Assembly: GCA_032718475.1 (NCBI GenBank)
Contig: JAUCBJ010008348.1
Coordinates: 1-59,335 of the forward strand
From: Nemertoderma westbladi
Lineage: Eukaryota > Animalia > Xenacoelomorpha
DNA: 59,335 nt
Direction: 5' to 3'
This document shows, piece by piece, positions 1 to 11,352 of this stretch. Both the position numbers and the translations under genes were made by a program. The first letter of the stretch is position 1. Each line of letters begins with the position of its first letter. A model generated the notes under the pieces. It saw nothing but the letters and a program-made list of their open reading frames with translations. It searched no databases and had not been told where the DNA came from.

Positions 1-47
1 ATAAATTAGTCAATATACAAAGGGGCATACCAATACCCCCTGTAACA

Positions 48-1346
48 TTGTGTCAACCTGTTAGGTCTGAAGTATTACATGCGCAAGGTGTGGAGCCTAC
101 ACGCATCTATACTGCTAGTGAAGTTGAAACTCCTATAACAAACCCCATTAAGGGTGATTATAGACCTGTTATTAATGATATTCCCTATAGACCTGATAAT
201 GATCCGAGAAATTTATATACCGATAATTCGATATTAAATAACACGATGGCCCAGGAAAGCTTTACGCGTCAGATGGCTAGAACAGAAGCCCGCCAAGCAG
301 TCAAAGTGGGAGAGATCGTCAAATTCAATGGAGACGAAATGAAATGGTTACCTTTCAACGAATATTACAAAGACAGCATACAGAACTCTGTGCTATCTAA
401 CGGAGAGAAACTTAGGTTCCTCATCAAGTGCTTGGAAGGACCTCCCAAGTTAATGGCGTTAAAGTTTATTGGACATCCAGATGGATTAAGACAAGTTTGG
501 GATACATTAAACATCAGGTATGGTAACAAGGATAACATAGCTAAGTATTTATATGCAAAATTAGTAGCCCCCCGACACTTCCTTAGTAGCGGGATTATAG
601 AGTTTTCCGATGAAATTCAAGAGATCTGTAGACAACTGGACTGGTTAGGTAAGTCGCATGAATATCAGAGTTCCATGGTTATTGGAGCCGTAGTCTCTAC
701 TTTACCAAAGGGTGGAGTATGTACACGCTGGGACAAGAAAGTGTTGTACATGAATGAACAACAACGACGAAGTCCTACCATGGCTGATCTCATGTCCTTC
801 TTAGATAGTGAAGTAAAATTACAACTCATAAGGCAGTCCAGAGAGAAAACATCGGAAAATAAGGTAAGTGAGAAACCCGTTTCTAGGAGAAGGATAATAC
901 CAGTGTGTTACACTGACGACGGCGAGAGCCAAGCTTCTCAAGAAGAGGACAGCGGGAAAGACACAGCAAAATCTTACTATGACAACAAGACCTATAAAGA
1001 CGTAAGTAAATACAAGTCTCGAATCAGTGACAGGAGAGAACAGGTAACAACAACTCCTCCTACGTCTCCTAAGAAAATTCACGGAAGAAAGCCCGAAGAA
1101 AGAACGAGAGTACATAACGTTAACCAAGTTAAGGTGAGTAACATCAAACCAAAATGTGCGCTGTGCGACGGGCCCCACCGTTTGAGTGCGTGTGCTGAAT
1201 TTCTAAAGAAATCCCCTGTAGACAGACGTACAGTCCTGTGGAATAAGCGGTTATGCTATAATTGCCTCAGATCAGGACACCAACGGCGAACCTGTTACTC
1301 CGACGTAAAGTGTGCAAAGTGTGGCGCGAAACATCACATCTTGTAA
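48..1346 (+). pseudogene. gag: BEL/Pao Gag (partial, N-terminus outside window)
   Basis: KFNGDEMKWLPF..EKLRFLIKCLEG..LNIRYG motif; CALCDGPHRLSAC, CYNCLRSGHQRRTC and CAKCGAKHHIL knuckles; TAA at 1344-1346 where copy B has Leu, in frame with the 1416 ORF. Confidence 0.9.
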
Positions 1347-1415
1347 CACAGTGAGTTCGAACGAGACAACCCGAGTCAGGTAAGTGAGCCCGAACTACAT
1401 GTCCAATTCAGTGAT

Positions 1416-2585
1416 GTGAACGACACTGACCAAGGTTCTGAGTGGGAAGGATTCTATACAGACGAATTCTCCGATGCCAACGAATCCTGTTATCTAATAA
1501 ATACCACAGTGTATCGAGCACTTACGGATGAAAAGGACACTGACGAGTTTACTCCAACTCCTTTTGACAAACAACCATCTTGGAAAGTTCCGACTTCCAA
1601 CATAGGAATAAGAGAATTTCCTGTAGTGCAAGTTCGAGTTCATGGTCTCAACAAGAGTTACATAGTGAACGCCCTACTTGACTCCGGCAGCACAGGAACT
1701 TTCATCGATCAAGAACTAGCCGAAGATATCTTTGCTGGACAACCCAAGTTCCGGACTAAATTGAATATGTCAGGAATTATACAGGTTTGGAAATCTACCA
1801 TAACGGCAGATTACTATGTAGGTGCGTTGTCCACCCCCCAGGATAAATTAGGAGCACAAAGTATAAGGTCAGTAAAAATGGTGGCTATAAAGAACTTCGC
1901 TACTATCCAAGCAGACCTTTATAATTGGGACGAGGATGAGAGCATCCAACATCTTAAGATACCTCGATTCCAGACAGATTATCCTGGAGTGCAAATACTC
2001 ATCGGCCAAAACGCGCATGAGGCGCTCGAGACATTGGAGAAACGGCCTGCTCAACTGCAGCCACTACAAACCTATGCGGTAAGAACTAGAGTAGGTTGGT
2101 ACTTCACTGGCCCTTCCCGTAGAACTCTCAAAGAGAGATTACCTCAACAACAAGTATACCAAGTAAAGGGATGGGAAGTGGAGAGCAGTGATGTGGACGA
2201 CCCAACTGAGGGAACACCATACTCCTCAGATAATGACGATATTAACTCCAATGTAGATCAATGGAGACATTGCCTTGGGACGATTAATCCAGCCGACATC
2301 GCTTCCAGAGGAGCAACTCCTCAAGAACTGATAGATACTCCAGGCTGGTTAGGTGGATCCGACTCCTTAAGTAAAGAAGAAGAAGAATGGCCTCCTCATC
2401 TTACCACGGCAGAAATTAGACAGGCCAAGGGAGCGGAGAAAGTAACACAACAACTCAATCGCCCAGCTAGTCGTTTATGTTTAATGGAAAGAGACCGAAA
2501 ACTGTCCGAAAACTATGGAAGGCAAGATACTCTTCCTACGACTACTTCCCTAATCCGGCAAATATCTAGGGACTCCATAACGTGA
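1416..2585 (+). pseudogene. BEL/Pao aspartic protease fused to the C-terminal remnant of RNase H
   Basis: ALLDSGSTGTFI, VQILIGQN and AVRTRVGW, followed after a short linker by QWRHCLGTINPADIASRG. Confidence 0.85.
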
Positions 2586-4209
2586 TAGCATGTGGAGTGG
2601 GCGTGTGACTATATCATTTTATATTTGTTTTTATTTTATATTTATGTATGTATTATTATGTACTTTATTATAATCGTTTTTATTTAATTTTATTTAGTAG
2701 AATGTTATTTTAGTGATTATTTAGTAGATTAGTGCAATATATTAGTGTTTATTACGTATTTAATTACTTATAATATATTTAGTGCGACGGCAAGAAATAA
2801 TTATTTTTCTCTTTCCTTACTGTCCGTATTATATTATAAATGCGAGACTATAGTAAGATGACATGTCAGTACTTCTTAAAGTACAATAAAGCCACTACTA
2901 TATTTAAGTATTATTGGTAGGCAGAGTATTAGGAATGCAAAGTTCAGATCCTCGTGTCTCGGCTAAACCAAGCTCTGGGTAGACCTTGGAAACGACTTGC
3001 CTCTTCACACTGACATTGCTTCGTGCGATATTGCTCTTCTACCTTATAACAAATAATACATATAGTAGCGTGATGTCCCGCTAACAGTAGCGTAAATCGC
3101 AAATAAAGCTGTTAAACTTTTGACCATCTGTAATTCTAGTCGATTAAGATATCGTGGCACCCACCGATATACTTGAAAGACAAATTCTAGAATCAGTGGT
3201 TAACGTCCCCAGACAAGTTCTGGAATAAATCGGTGCCCATCCTAAAATATTAATTTAATATTTATTAAAATCTGTAAAATCCCGATCCTTTAAAATTTCT
3301 AGTCAATTAAGATATCGCAGTATTTACCGATATTCTTAGAAGGACTATTTTTATAGAATTAAGGATCCTAAGTCCCCAGATATGCTCTGGAATAAAATTT
3401 GTGTCAATTTAACATCAAATAATAAAATTCACGGGAATAAATTTAAATTCATATTCAAATGAATTTCATAAATTGTCATTTTGTGCAATTTATAACATTC
3501 CCAAAATTCCAGTAATTAATAGATCATGGGAGCGGAGATTCATATTGAGTGTACTAGAGCGCGAGAATCTCCAACATATAGTCAATAGCCGATAAAATTT
3601 ATAAAATCATGCATAAAGAGGATATTGACAATTAAAGAATTACTATTAAATAACATCCCAGATCTGTATACATGAGAATTGCCCTAATTCTACCGCTAGT
3701 TTTCCATAATGTCACCATGGCAACACCCACGCTAGAATTAGAAGCAAGTTAAAGGAACAATAAAAAGCTTGCCCCATTGCGTAGCATAAGAGTATACACA
3801 GCGCACTATTAGTATCTAAGGATACATAGTAATAACGTGACATTCTGGATGACACTGACTAACGGACAAATGGCATGCATGTGTGTAGTAAGTAATGATT
3901 GTATGGAATTTGTGCGTTTATAGGTGAATGTTACTACTAAAGTGTGTTTACAGTAGATAATCGCAATTGTAAAGTAGCCCTAACTCTACCGAGATAACCT
4001 CAAGTGGATTCAAGCTTTTGGGACGGACAGTGGTGGGACTTGTGCCGGTTATCGTTGTCGTGCTGTTGCTACATGTTGGCGTAAACACCGCGACAACGGT
4101 ACATCGGCGCTGAGAAACCCACTGTCCGGGGGCAAAGCTTAGTAGGCAGCGACGCCCGCTTGCCTAAAATATTAACTCATATTGATATTGATAAACTCAG
4201 ATAGCAGAT
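2586..4209 (+). other. Structured internal non-coding region of the BEL element (copy B counterpart about 11353-12990)
   Basis: Several stems preserved between copies A and B by wobble or compensatory changes; a tandem pair of hairpin units with 163-bp period. Confidence 0.65.
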
Positions 4210-5658
4210 ATGACGGAATTGATAGAAGATGACCTTGGTATTAGAGAGCGATATACTCTACCTTTACAAGCGTTTGTGGATAGCTTGATACGCGGTGAAG
4301 CCGATCCGACTATTACGGAGGACGATGGTCGTTATATCGAACCGCCGATGTCCCAGGAACAACTTACGCGTGAAGCGGACTATAGAAAATTCACCGCTCG
4401 TTATACGAATCGTAATGGTACGTATATGGACTTCTTAACTACCGGCCATCCTATCGATTTACATGATACGGACGATGTATACACCGAAAGGGAAATGGTT
4501 CTATTTAAATATCATACCCAGCGGAGTCGTAACGATAAACCGAGAATAGATCACGAAAATTATATTCGTAACAGACTGGGAAGACGAACCCATATGTTTA
4601 GAATCTGAAGAGATTCAGCCCCCACGTCTCGGAGTAGCGATAGCGACTACATATTGGAATGGTATCAAGGTCCACAGTGTCTTACTGCGTATGATTATCG
4701 CCACGCCAATTATGTTTCTCGACAACGTTGTCGGCTGTGCGCATCGAGAGACCATATTACGTCCATGGACACCAACGATCTTTGTTCCTATTTCCACGAG
4801 CAACCGTCGATGGAAATCTATTGTGCATATTGTCGGCTTAATAATTTGCACATTTTTGCTGTCTGCCCCCAATTTATGACTCAATGCCATCATTGTCAAT
4901 TAAAAGGACACGCCAGCTTTGATTGTCCCTTTAACCATGATTTAGAGAGCGTAGATGAAATGATTGTACTACGTTATATCAGAGCTTGGGAAGCGAACGC
5001 TGATTTACATTGTGATTCACGCCATCGCTATTATCCTGGACGCGCCTACGAAGGAGTTTATGCGTTCCATCCATATTTGTTTGCCTCCGTCGAGCAGAAA
5101 TCGCGCCTATCAAGTTATGAGCTACTGAAGCGCGTCGGAGAATGTATTTCAACCAAATTCGTACGCAAATTTCTCAGGAGTGTTAATCCTAGCGACCTTC
5201 ATTCCTATAACTTAATCAATCATATCCGTCAGGATCCGGACTATGGAGAATTGTTTGTTAACTCACACCCTGAGTTACATAAAGTATATCGACGGCCTTA
5301 CGAATACCGAGCCCGCGAACGCGAGTTGGAAAGAACCATTAAACCAAGGAAGTTTCTAACTGCCTATGGTCCACCCACGGCCCTCGTTCAGACCACTCGT
5401 AAAGGACCCGTAAGAGCGGCTGTCTTGAAACGAGCTCTCAAAGCCGTTAGACCCCTCTCCCCGGACGTTGATGTCAATCAACCCGGTACTTCGACCGGCG
5501 GATATACCGATCGCAATCCCATACCTTCTGATGCAATCATATTGCACCCTTCACCCAGGAGTTATAGCCCTCCTCGTAAAGTGGCTCGCCCCAAAGAGAA
5601 AAGGACTCTTGCTAGCTTTAAAAAACTGCGTAAACGCCGTCCGCGCAAGAAAGACTAA
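4210..5658 (+). CDS. Extra 3' ORF of the BEL element; CCHC zinc-knuckle protein with basic tail, interrupted by one in-frame TGA at 4606-4608
   Basis: ORFs 4210..4608 and 4654..5658 share a frame and the gap is open; CRLC..H..C, CAYCx5Hx4C and CHHCx4Hx4C motifs; KKLRKRRPRKK tail; N-terminal ~125 aa conserved in copy B. Confidence 0.7.
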
Positions 5659-5736
5659 CTGTTTAGAGTATTTACGTATATTAGAAACTGTGATTTTTGT
5701 ATATTTATAGACTCAAATCCCATTTTCTGGGAGCGG

Positions 5737-6976
5737 TGTAAAAGCTTCTGTGGGATATAACTGGCCCCTTTTGCTTCGCAATCCAGTTTCCCCCCAGGCG
5801 CTGGAATACTCTAAAAAGGTTCTCTAACTGTATATATATTCCCCTCGCCCGCAAGGTACCGTTACAGGTGTTTTAACGGACATAAAAGTCATTCTGCTAT
5901 ATACGTGTTTTGGCGGACATGGTAAGGCAAAAAACCTGCAATGCACCAACTACCTTTCACAGCTTAGCCGTGATGATTCATATTACGACATCTAACAGCT
6001 GGTTGCTGACATGGAAACAGCCATTGGACGCATGGTTCTTTGTTTGGCTTGAGCCAATCAGAGCGATTTTTCCTGTCGACGTGTAGCTTTTTGGCCGATC
6101 ATAAGGAGAGTGTTCAGTCTTACTGTTTTACTTGATACTTTGTTGTTATTGCTGTCTAAGCCAGAAACACCGGCTCTAGAAACTCTAGTAAAACTGCTTA
6201 AATTATCGAAAGTATAAACTGTTACCTAACTAATCTCACTAATCGAACGAACTCACTATCTCACTTAATTTAACTGCATTAATCATATTGTTTGTACTGT
6301 TATTTACCGTCAGTTATTAATTGTACCTATTTGTTGATGGAAATATTGCTCTTTGGATAATACGGATAAATCACCCAAATTCCCAATTTTCTTGATACAC
6401 TACAGGTTAGAGAGACCGGCTATACATAACAATTGCGATTTATATTAATGTGGTGTGTATTGAATCTAATGTTATTTAGCAGACACTACATGAGTCAATT
6501 ACTGCTCTCTTTATGTGTGATCAAATATACTGACGGTCGGCAGAATAGTGTGTATGATTGTGATTGGTAACAAAGTATTTCCTAAAGAATACGCTTTATG
6601 CTTTAATCATAAGCAGTATCGTTGCGTTTAGTATAAGTCCTAGTTCTGTTTAAATAGATAGAGCGCCACGTCCTAAAGGAACTGTTAATATTTCCCGAAA
6701 GCCAATAATATCTGTCAGGAATTAATTATTAACGATCTATCGAATAATACAGTAAGTTTACACTGCAACCTTACACTGCAATAATAAAATTTAAGCATCC
6801 GAATTCAGCCTCCCGGGTGTAGATCCATCGGGTGAATGATCGCGCATGGGCTGACTTCGGCTAATGTTTTGCGTATTAGCATAAAATATTGTCGTATGCT
6901 AAAGTGGTTTTAATTAACTAAAAGACATATAAATTTTGGCAGGTTAAACTGCTAAAGGTCTTCAAAAGCGCGAACA
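5737..6976 (+). repeat. 3' LTR of BEL copy A
   Basis: Starts TGTAAAAGCTT after purine-rich GGGAGCGG and ends GCGCGAACA; homologous to the reverse complement of 19973-21119. Confidence 0.85.
6050..6120 (+). promoter_or_regulatory. Putative LTR promoter: CCAAT box and TCAGT initiator-like motif
   Basis: AGCCAATCAGAGCGATTTT and TTCAGTC are present in both LTRs. Confidence 0.4.
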
Positions 6977-7735
6977 CTCACTACCGGTTGAACATCTCCA
7001 GCTACACTCACTACCGGTTGAACATCTCCAGTTATACTCAGTACTGGTTGAACATCGTCAGCTACACTCACCACCGGTTGAACATCTCCACCTACACCCA
7101 CTACCGGTTGAACATCTCCAGTTACTCTCACTACCAGTTGAACATCTCCAGCTACACTCACTACCGGTTGAACATCTCCAGTTACACTCAGTACTGGTTG
7201 AACATTTTCAGCTACACTCACTACCGGTTGAACATCTCCAGCTACACTCAGTACCGGTTGAACATCTCCAGTTACACTCAGTACTGGTTGAACATCTTCA
7301 GCTACACTCACTACCGGTTGAACATCTCCAGCTACACTCAGTACTGGTTGAACATCTTCAGCTACACTCACCACCGGTTGAACATCTCCAGCTACACCCA
7401 CTACCGGTTGAACATCTCCAGTTACACTCACTACCGGTTGAACATCTCCAGTTACTCTCACTACCAGTTGAACATCTCCAGTTACACTCACCACCGGTTT
7501 AACATCTCCAGTTACACTCAGTACTGGTTGAACATCGTCAGCTACACTCACTACCGGTTGAACATCTCCAGTTACTCTCACTACCAGTTGAACATCTCCA
7601 GTTACTCTCACTACCGGTTGAACATCTCCAGCTACACTCACTACCGGTTGAACATCTCCAGCTACACTCACTACCGGTTGAACATCTCCAGTTACACTCA
7701 GTACTGGTTGAACATCTTCAGCTACACTCACTACT
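6977..7735. repeat. 30-bp minisatellite, about 25 copies (CTCACTACCGGTTGAACATCTCCAGCTACA)
   Basis: Direct tandem periodicity, starting immediately after the LTR end. Confidence 0.97.
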
Positions 7736-7807
7736 AGAGGACATCTACAGTTCTATAAAGTAACTTGTAAATGGACCAATAGACTTGTAAATAATCTTGT
7801 AATTTGG

Positions 7808-8015
7808 CAGTCTCATGGAGCGAATAAGCATGGTGGACAGCCCATGACTTTCTTGTGACACATCTCAAAGGACACTGGCCTTGAAGATTCGGATGATATA
7901 GCAAATGTCATGGGTGATAGGGAGTTGTGGCGGCGCAATTTAGGTGGACAAGCCGGCACAGCTTTCTTAAAAAGCACCTGCAATGCAGCGTGCCGATCCT
8001 AGTAGTAGTAGTAGT
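7808..8015 (+). mobile_element. RTE-type LINE 3' end fragment
   Basis: KDTGL..MGDRELWR translation and (TAG)n tail; similar to 26130-26399. Confidence 0.7.
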
Positions 8016-8298
8016 GTAAATTGACCCCCCACCCCAAATTTTCGGCAAAGGTTAAAATAAGCTTTACAAATTTCCAGCTATTTAAATATACTGTGAGGTG
8101 TTGAGTAGGCAACCTATTCATTCTAATACTATTACCGTAGACCTATTTAAAATTCACTCCATTAATTATTTCAAGGCCAATTATCCTATCATATTGTGGC
8201 AAACAGGCATTTACGGGGTTTTATCAGCCTAAGCATTGGATATCAATCTAAGGTACCAGAATCACCAAAAACCTAAAAATGGCCAAAAATCGCCTTAA

Positions 8299-8747
8299 GG
8301 GGTTTTACCAGATTACCCACGATATGGACCCTACAATATACACTCAATAATAAAGTAACTACTACAGTAATGCATAGTAATTGTATATATATCATGCACT
8401 GCACATGAATATCATGCATAGAAATCAAAAAGCAAGGAATTATATAATCCGCACTTATCATCAATATCTTTTAGAAATCAAAAATCATATACTGTAACTG
8501 TTAAACATAATAACGTATATTTTTCCGCTAAACCATGGATTACTAAATATAGATATATCTATATTTAGTATTCCATGGCTAAACATTATAATTTTTTGGA
8601 GGAAGAATGGCGTGGTTTGTGGGTTAAAATTAATGAATTCATCCGAAGGGTTATAAGTTATCGGCTGTCTAGAAGCCGAATAGATTGTTTAACTGCTTTG
8701 TTGATTGACTTTATCTGTATACAGTAAGCAGTGAGATGAGACTTCAT
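8299..8747 (+). repeat. Dispersed repeat (second copy at about 38038-38416), possibly part of a TTAA-targeting DNA transposon
   Basis: Near-identical sequence at two positions; preceded by TTAA|GGGG. Confidence 0.75.
8534..8577. mobile_element. 44-bp palindromic mini-element with P-like termini
   Basis: CATGG...CCATG ends; 7-bp TSD GCTAAAC; empty site in the paralog at 38244-38250. Confidence 0.85.
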
Positions 8748-8899
8748 CCAGCACCAACAGATGAAGATACGGGATAAGCGGATAGACGATATACTCAGGT
8801 CCAAGACCGTGGTATAGGCTACATAATCTTAGATGTCTACTGCATATCTGACCTAAACTGGTGTAGAATATTTTTCACTTGATCTACTTATTTTTATGT

Positions 8900-9754
8900 A
8901 ACTTACAGTATAATCTCTTACCAATCGTTCGTATTTTTAAATAGACCCAAATGGTGCAACTGTTATTTGTTATTTCTTAAATAATCCAATTCATATGCAA
9001 TATTTTATTTTAATTAAATCCATCAGTTCTACATACCAAACTGTTTCTATACAACGATTTTATCGAATATTTTAATTTTATTTTATATTTTATTTTAACC
9101 CTTAAAGCTTAAACTGTGTACCGGTACTTATTTTCTCATCGTGTAGTGTTAGCTAATCCATGTAAATTTAAGTGTTCAAATGTCTTGATCTATTTTACAT
9201 ACCGTACTGTTTTTATAGCTATGGATTATCTGATATTTTAAATTAATTTTATATTTTATTTCCAACCCTTAAACTATCGATATTAGCCCTAACCGATATA
9301 CTTGTATCCGATTTTATCGACTGATATGTAACTTTCTGTGTATACTCGTGATACTATATAGACTGTCATTTTATTGAATTTGTTTAGTAATTCTAATGTA
9401 TATTTGTAATTTTTAGTGTATGTATCTGACTTTATCGACTGTTATGTAATTTGCTGTGTATACTCGTGATTTTACAGACGTCACTTTAACCCTTTAGCAA
9501 GCAAGACATTTTATTAGTAACCATTTTTATAAGAACACTATTTTAATTTAACTGCGTCCTTTTATGTTTCAATTGTTTTATATATGTTTTTGTCATTGTT
9601 TCGTAAACATGGTCGGTATTGGTCGCAATACTTAATTACTTACCGGTACTGTTATAATTACTTTCAGTTGGACTTTCTTTTGGTGTGTACGGGTTCCATA
9701 AGCATTAGCTTTCTTATACCCAAACTATTAAACATTAAACATTAAACATTAAAC
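8900..9754 (+). mobile_element. Probable 3' UTR of an L2/CR1-group LINE
   Basis: AT-rich tract ending in an ATAAGCATTAGCTT stem and an (ATTAAAC)4 tail. Confidence 0.4.
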
Positions 9755-10905
9755 AGAACATTTTCCATAGTAGCATATTTTTATTTATTATATAATTTAA
9801 ACATGACATAATATATTATTATAACTTTTGATGGGTACAGCTTTGCAAAGTCGGCAATGACGTCCAGGTGGGATTGAACTGGTAACCTAGTATTGCTAGT
9901 GTAGCCTAATGTATTGGGTGAGTACCGGGCAGGTGGGGGTGGGGTAGCAAAAGGGCTTATGCTGTGAGCTATATACACTTAGTAGACCAGATTACAGGCT
10001 TCGCTGCGTGATTGTAATTACATAAAAGTTATGATGAAAAAATATGAAAAAATATGATGAAAGTCGTCTAAACGATAGCGGTAGGTGGACCATATGTAGT
10101 GAGAAATTTCCTCGGTTTGATGATTCTTTCCAACTCGAGTTCTCGGGCTCTGTCGAAATCGATATGCTTCTCCACGAGCTGATTTTCCTCCGCTTGTCAT
10201 TGGAAGCATTCGTCTAAAACTCGTTTAGAGTGTAGGGTCGTCCAAGTTCGATATCTTCTTAGAGATTCTGGATTTTCCGATCGAACTGAAATAAAGCTAA
10301 TTCGTTTACCGCTTGGACTTGCCGGTGCAATTTACGTTTCTCTAAACAATTGTAGGTTCCTTTTCCGATCTTTTGACGAATAGTGTCCGACGCATTTCGT
10401 ACAACTCTCTCCTCCACCTCGGTGACAGGTTGTATCGGGTTAAACCGGGACGATGATACGGTTGAATGGCGATATTAGATGTCCGCGTCCCAATCCGGCT
10501 AGGTAAGATGGGCGAATATTTAGGGAGCCCACAACCGGAGTGCCACCGACTAACTGCTCGGGTAACACTAGATCTTTGAACAGTGAGTACAGTTCGGGAG
10601 GATCTGTGATACTATTAGGATCAAGAGTCTGAGGTCTAACTAGGGAATGAGGAGGTCCGACTGAGTATTCCGGAACTCTGATCATAGGTTTATTTAAGGA
10701 TCGTTTGAATCGAACGAGCGTAGTTGATACATCGAACAAGTTTCGCTCGAAACTCCTGTAAATATAGCGAGTAAAACTGTGTTTAAAGCAACGTCTCCGC
10801 GGATGTTTATATCTTTACGTTTGTTGGTTGGGTTTTGGGCATTCATCGCAATACTACCCAAGACGCACTTCTTGTAGGGGAAACGCGGGTGATATTTATT
10901 CGGTT

Positions 10906-11352
10906 TTACAACGTTTCTCTCAAGAATTCCAAATATACATTGGAGTTACCGCGTTTATCAGGTTCTTTAACGTCTTCTCTTTCGAGTCGATTTCGAATAG
11001 GATTTTCGCATTCGATTTTCAGTTTATCGTTCCGACTCCGCTGGGTAGGATATTTAAATAATACCATTTCCCTTTCGGTGTCGACATAGTCCGTATCGTG
11101 TAAATCGATAGGATGGCCAGTAGTTAAGAAGTCCATATACGTACCGTTACGATGCGTATAGCGAGCGGTGAATTTTCTATAGTCCAATTCACGCGTAAGT
11201 TGCTCCTGGGACATCGGCGGTTCGATATAACGACCATCGTCCTCCGTAGTAGTTGGACTAGCGTCGCTGCGTATCAAGCTATCAATAAACGCTTGCAACG
11301 GTAGAGTATATTTCTCCCTGATACCAAGATCATCTTCAATCAACTCAGTCAT
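10906..11352 (-). CDS. Extra ORF of copy B (N-terminal part; degenerate coding-like sequence continues to about 10060)
   Basis: MTELIEDDLGIRE..HPIDLHDTD is homologous to 4210..4608. Confidence 0.65.
   Translation of the reverse strand: MTELIEDDLGIREKYTLPLQAFIDSLIRSDASPTTTEDDGRYIEPPMSQEQLTRELDYRKFTARYTHRNGTYMDFLTTGHPIDLHDTDYVDTEREMVLFKYPTQRSRNDKLKIECENPIRNRLEREDVKEPDKRGNSNVYLEFLRETL

Larger units (their letters stand above)
1..6976 (+). mobile_element. BEL/Pao LTR retrotransposon, copy A (5' part outside window), non-autonomous: gag-protease plus extra ORF, no RT/IN
   Basis: DUF1759-like Gag, triple Cys/His knuckle, LLDSGS protease and WRHCxGxxNPADIASRG motif; 3' LTR homologous to the 5' LTR of copy B. 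Confidence 0.9.

Noticed and set aside
2586-4209. Element-encoded tRNA or hammerhead/HDV ribozyme
   Set aside because: No T-loop GTTCRA cloverleaf and no CTGANGA/GAAA core seen by eye; needs tRNAscan-SE and Infernal.
6952-7737. 259-aa and 249-aa repetitive ORFs as genes
   Set aside because: Explained by a 30-bp unit lacking stops; no unique coding flanks or evident splice context.
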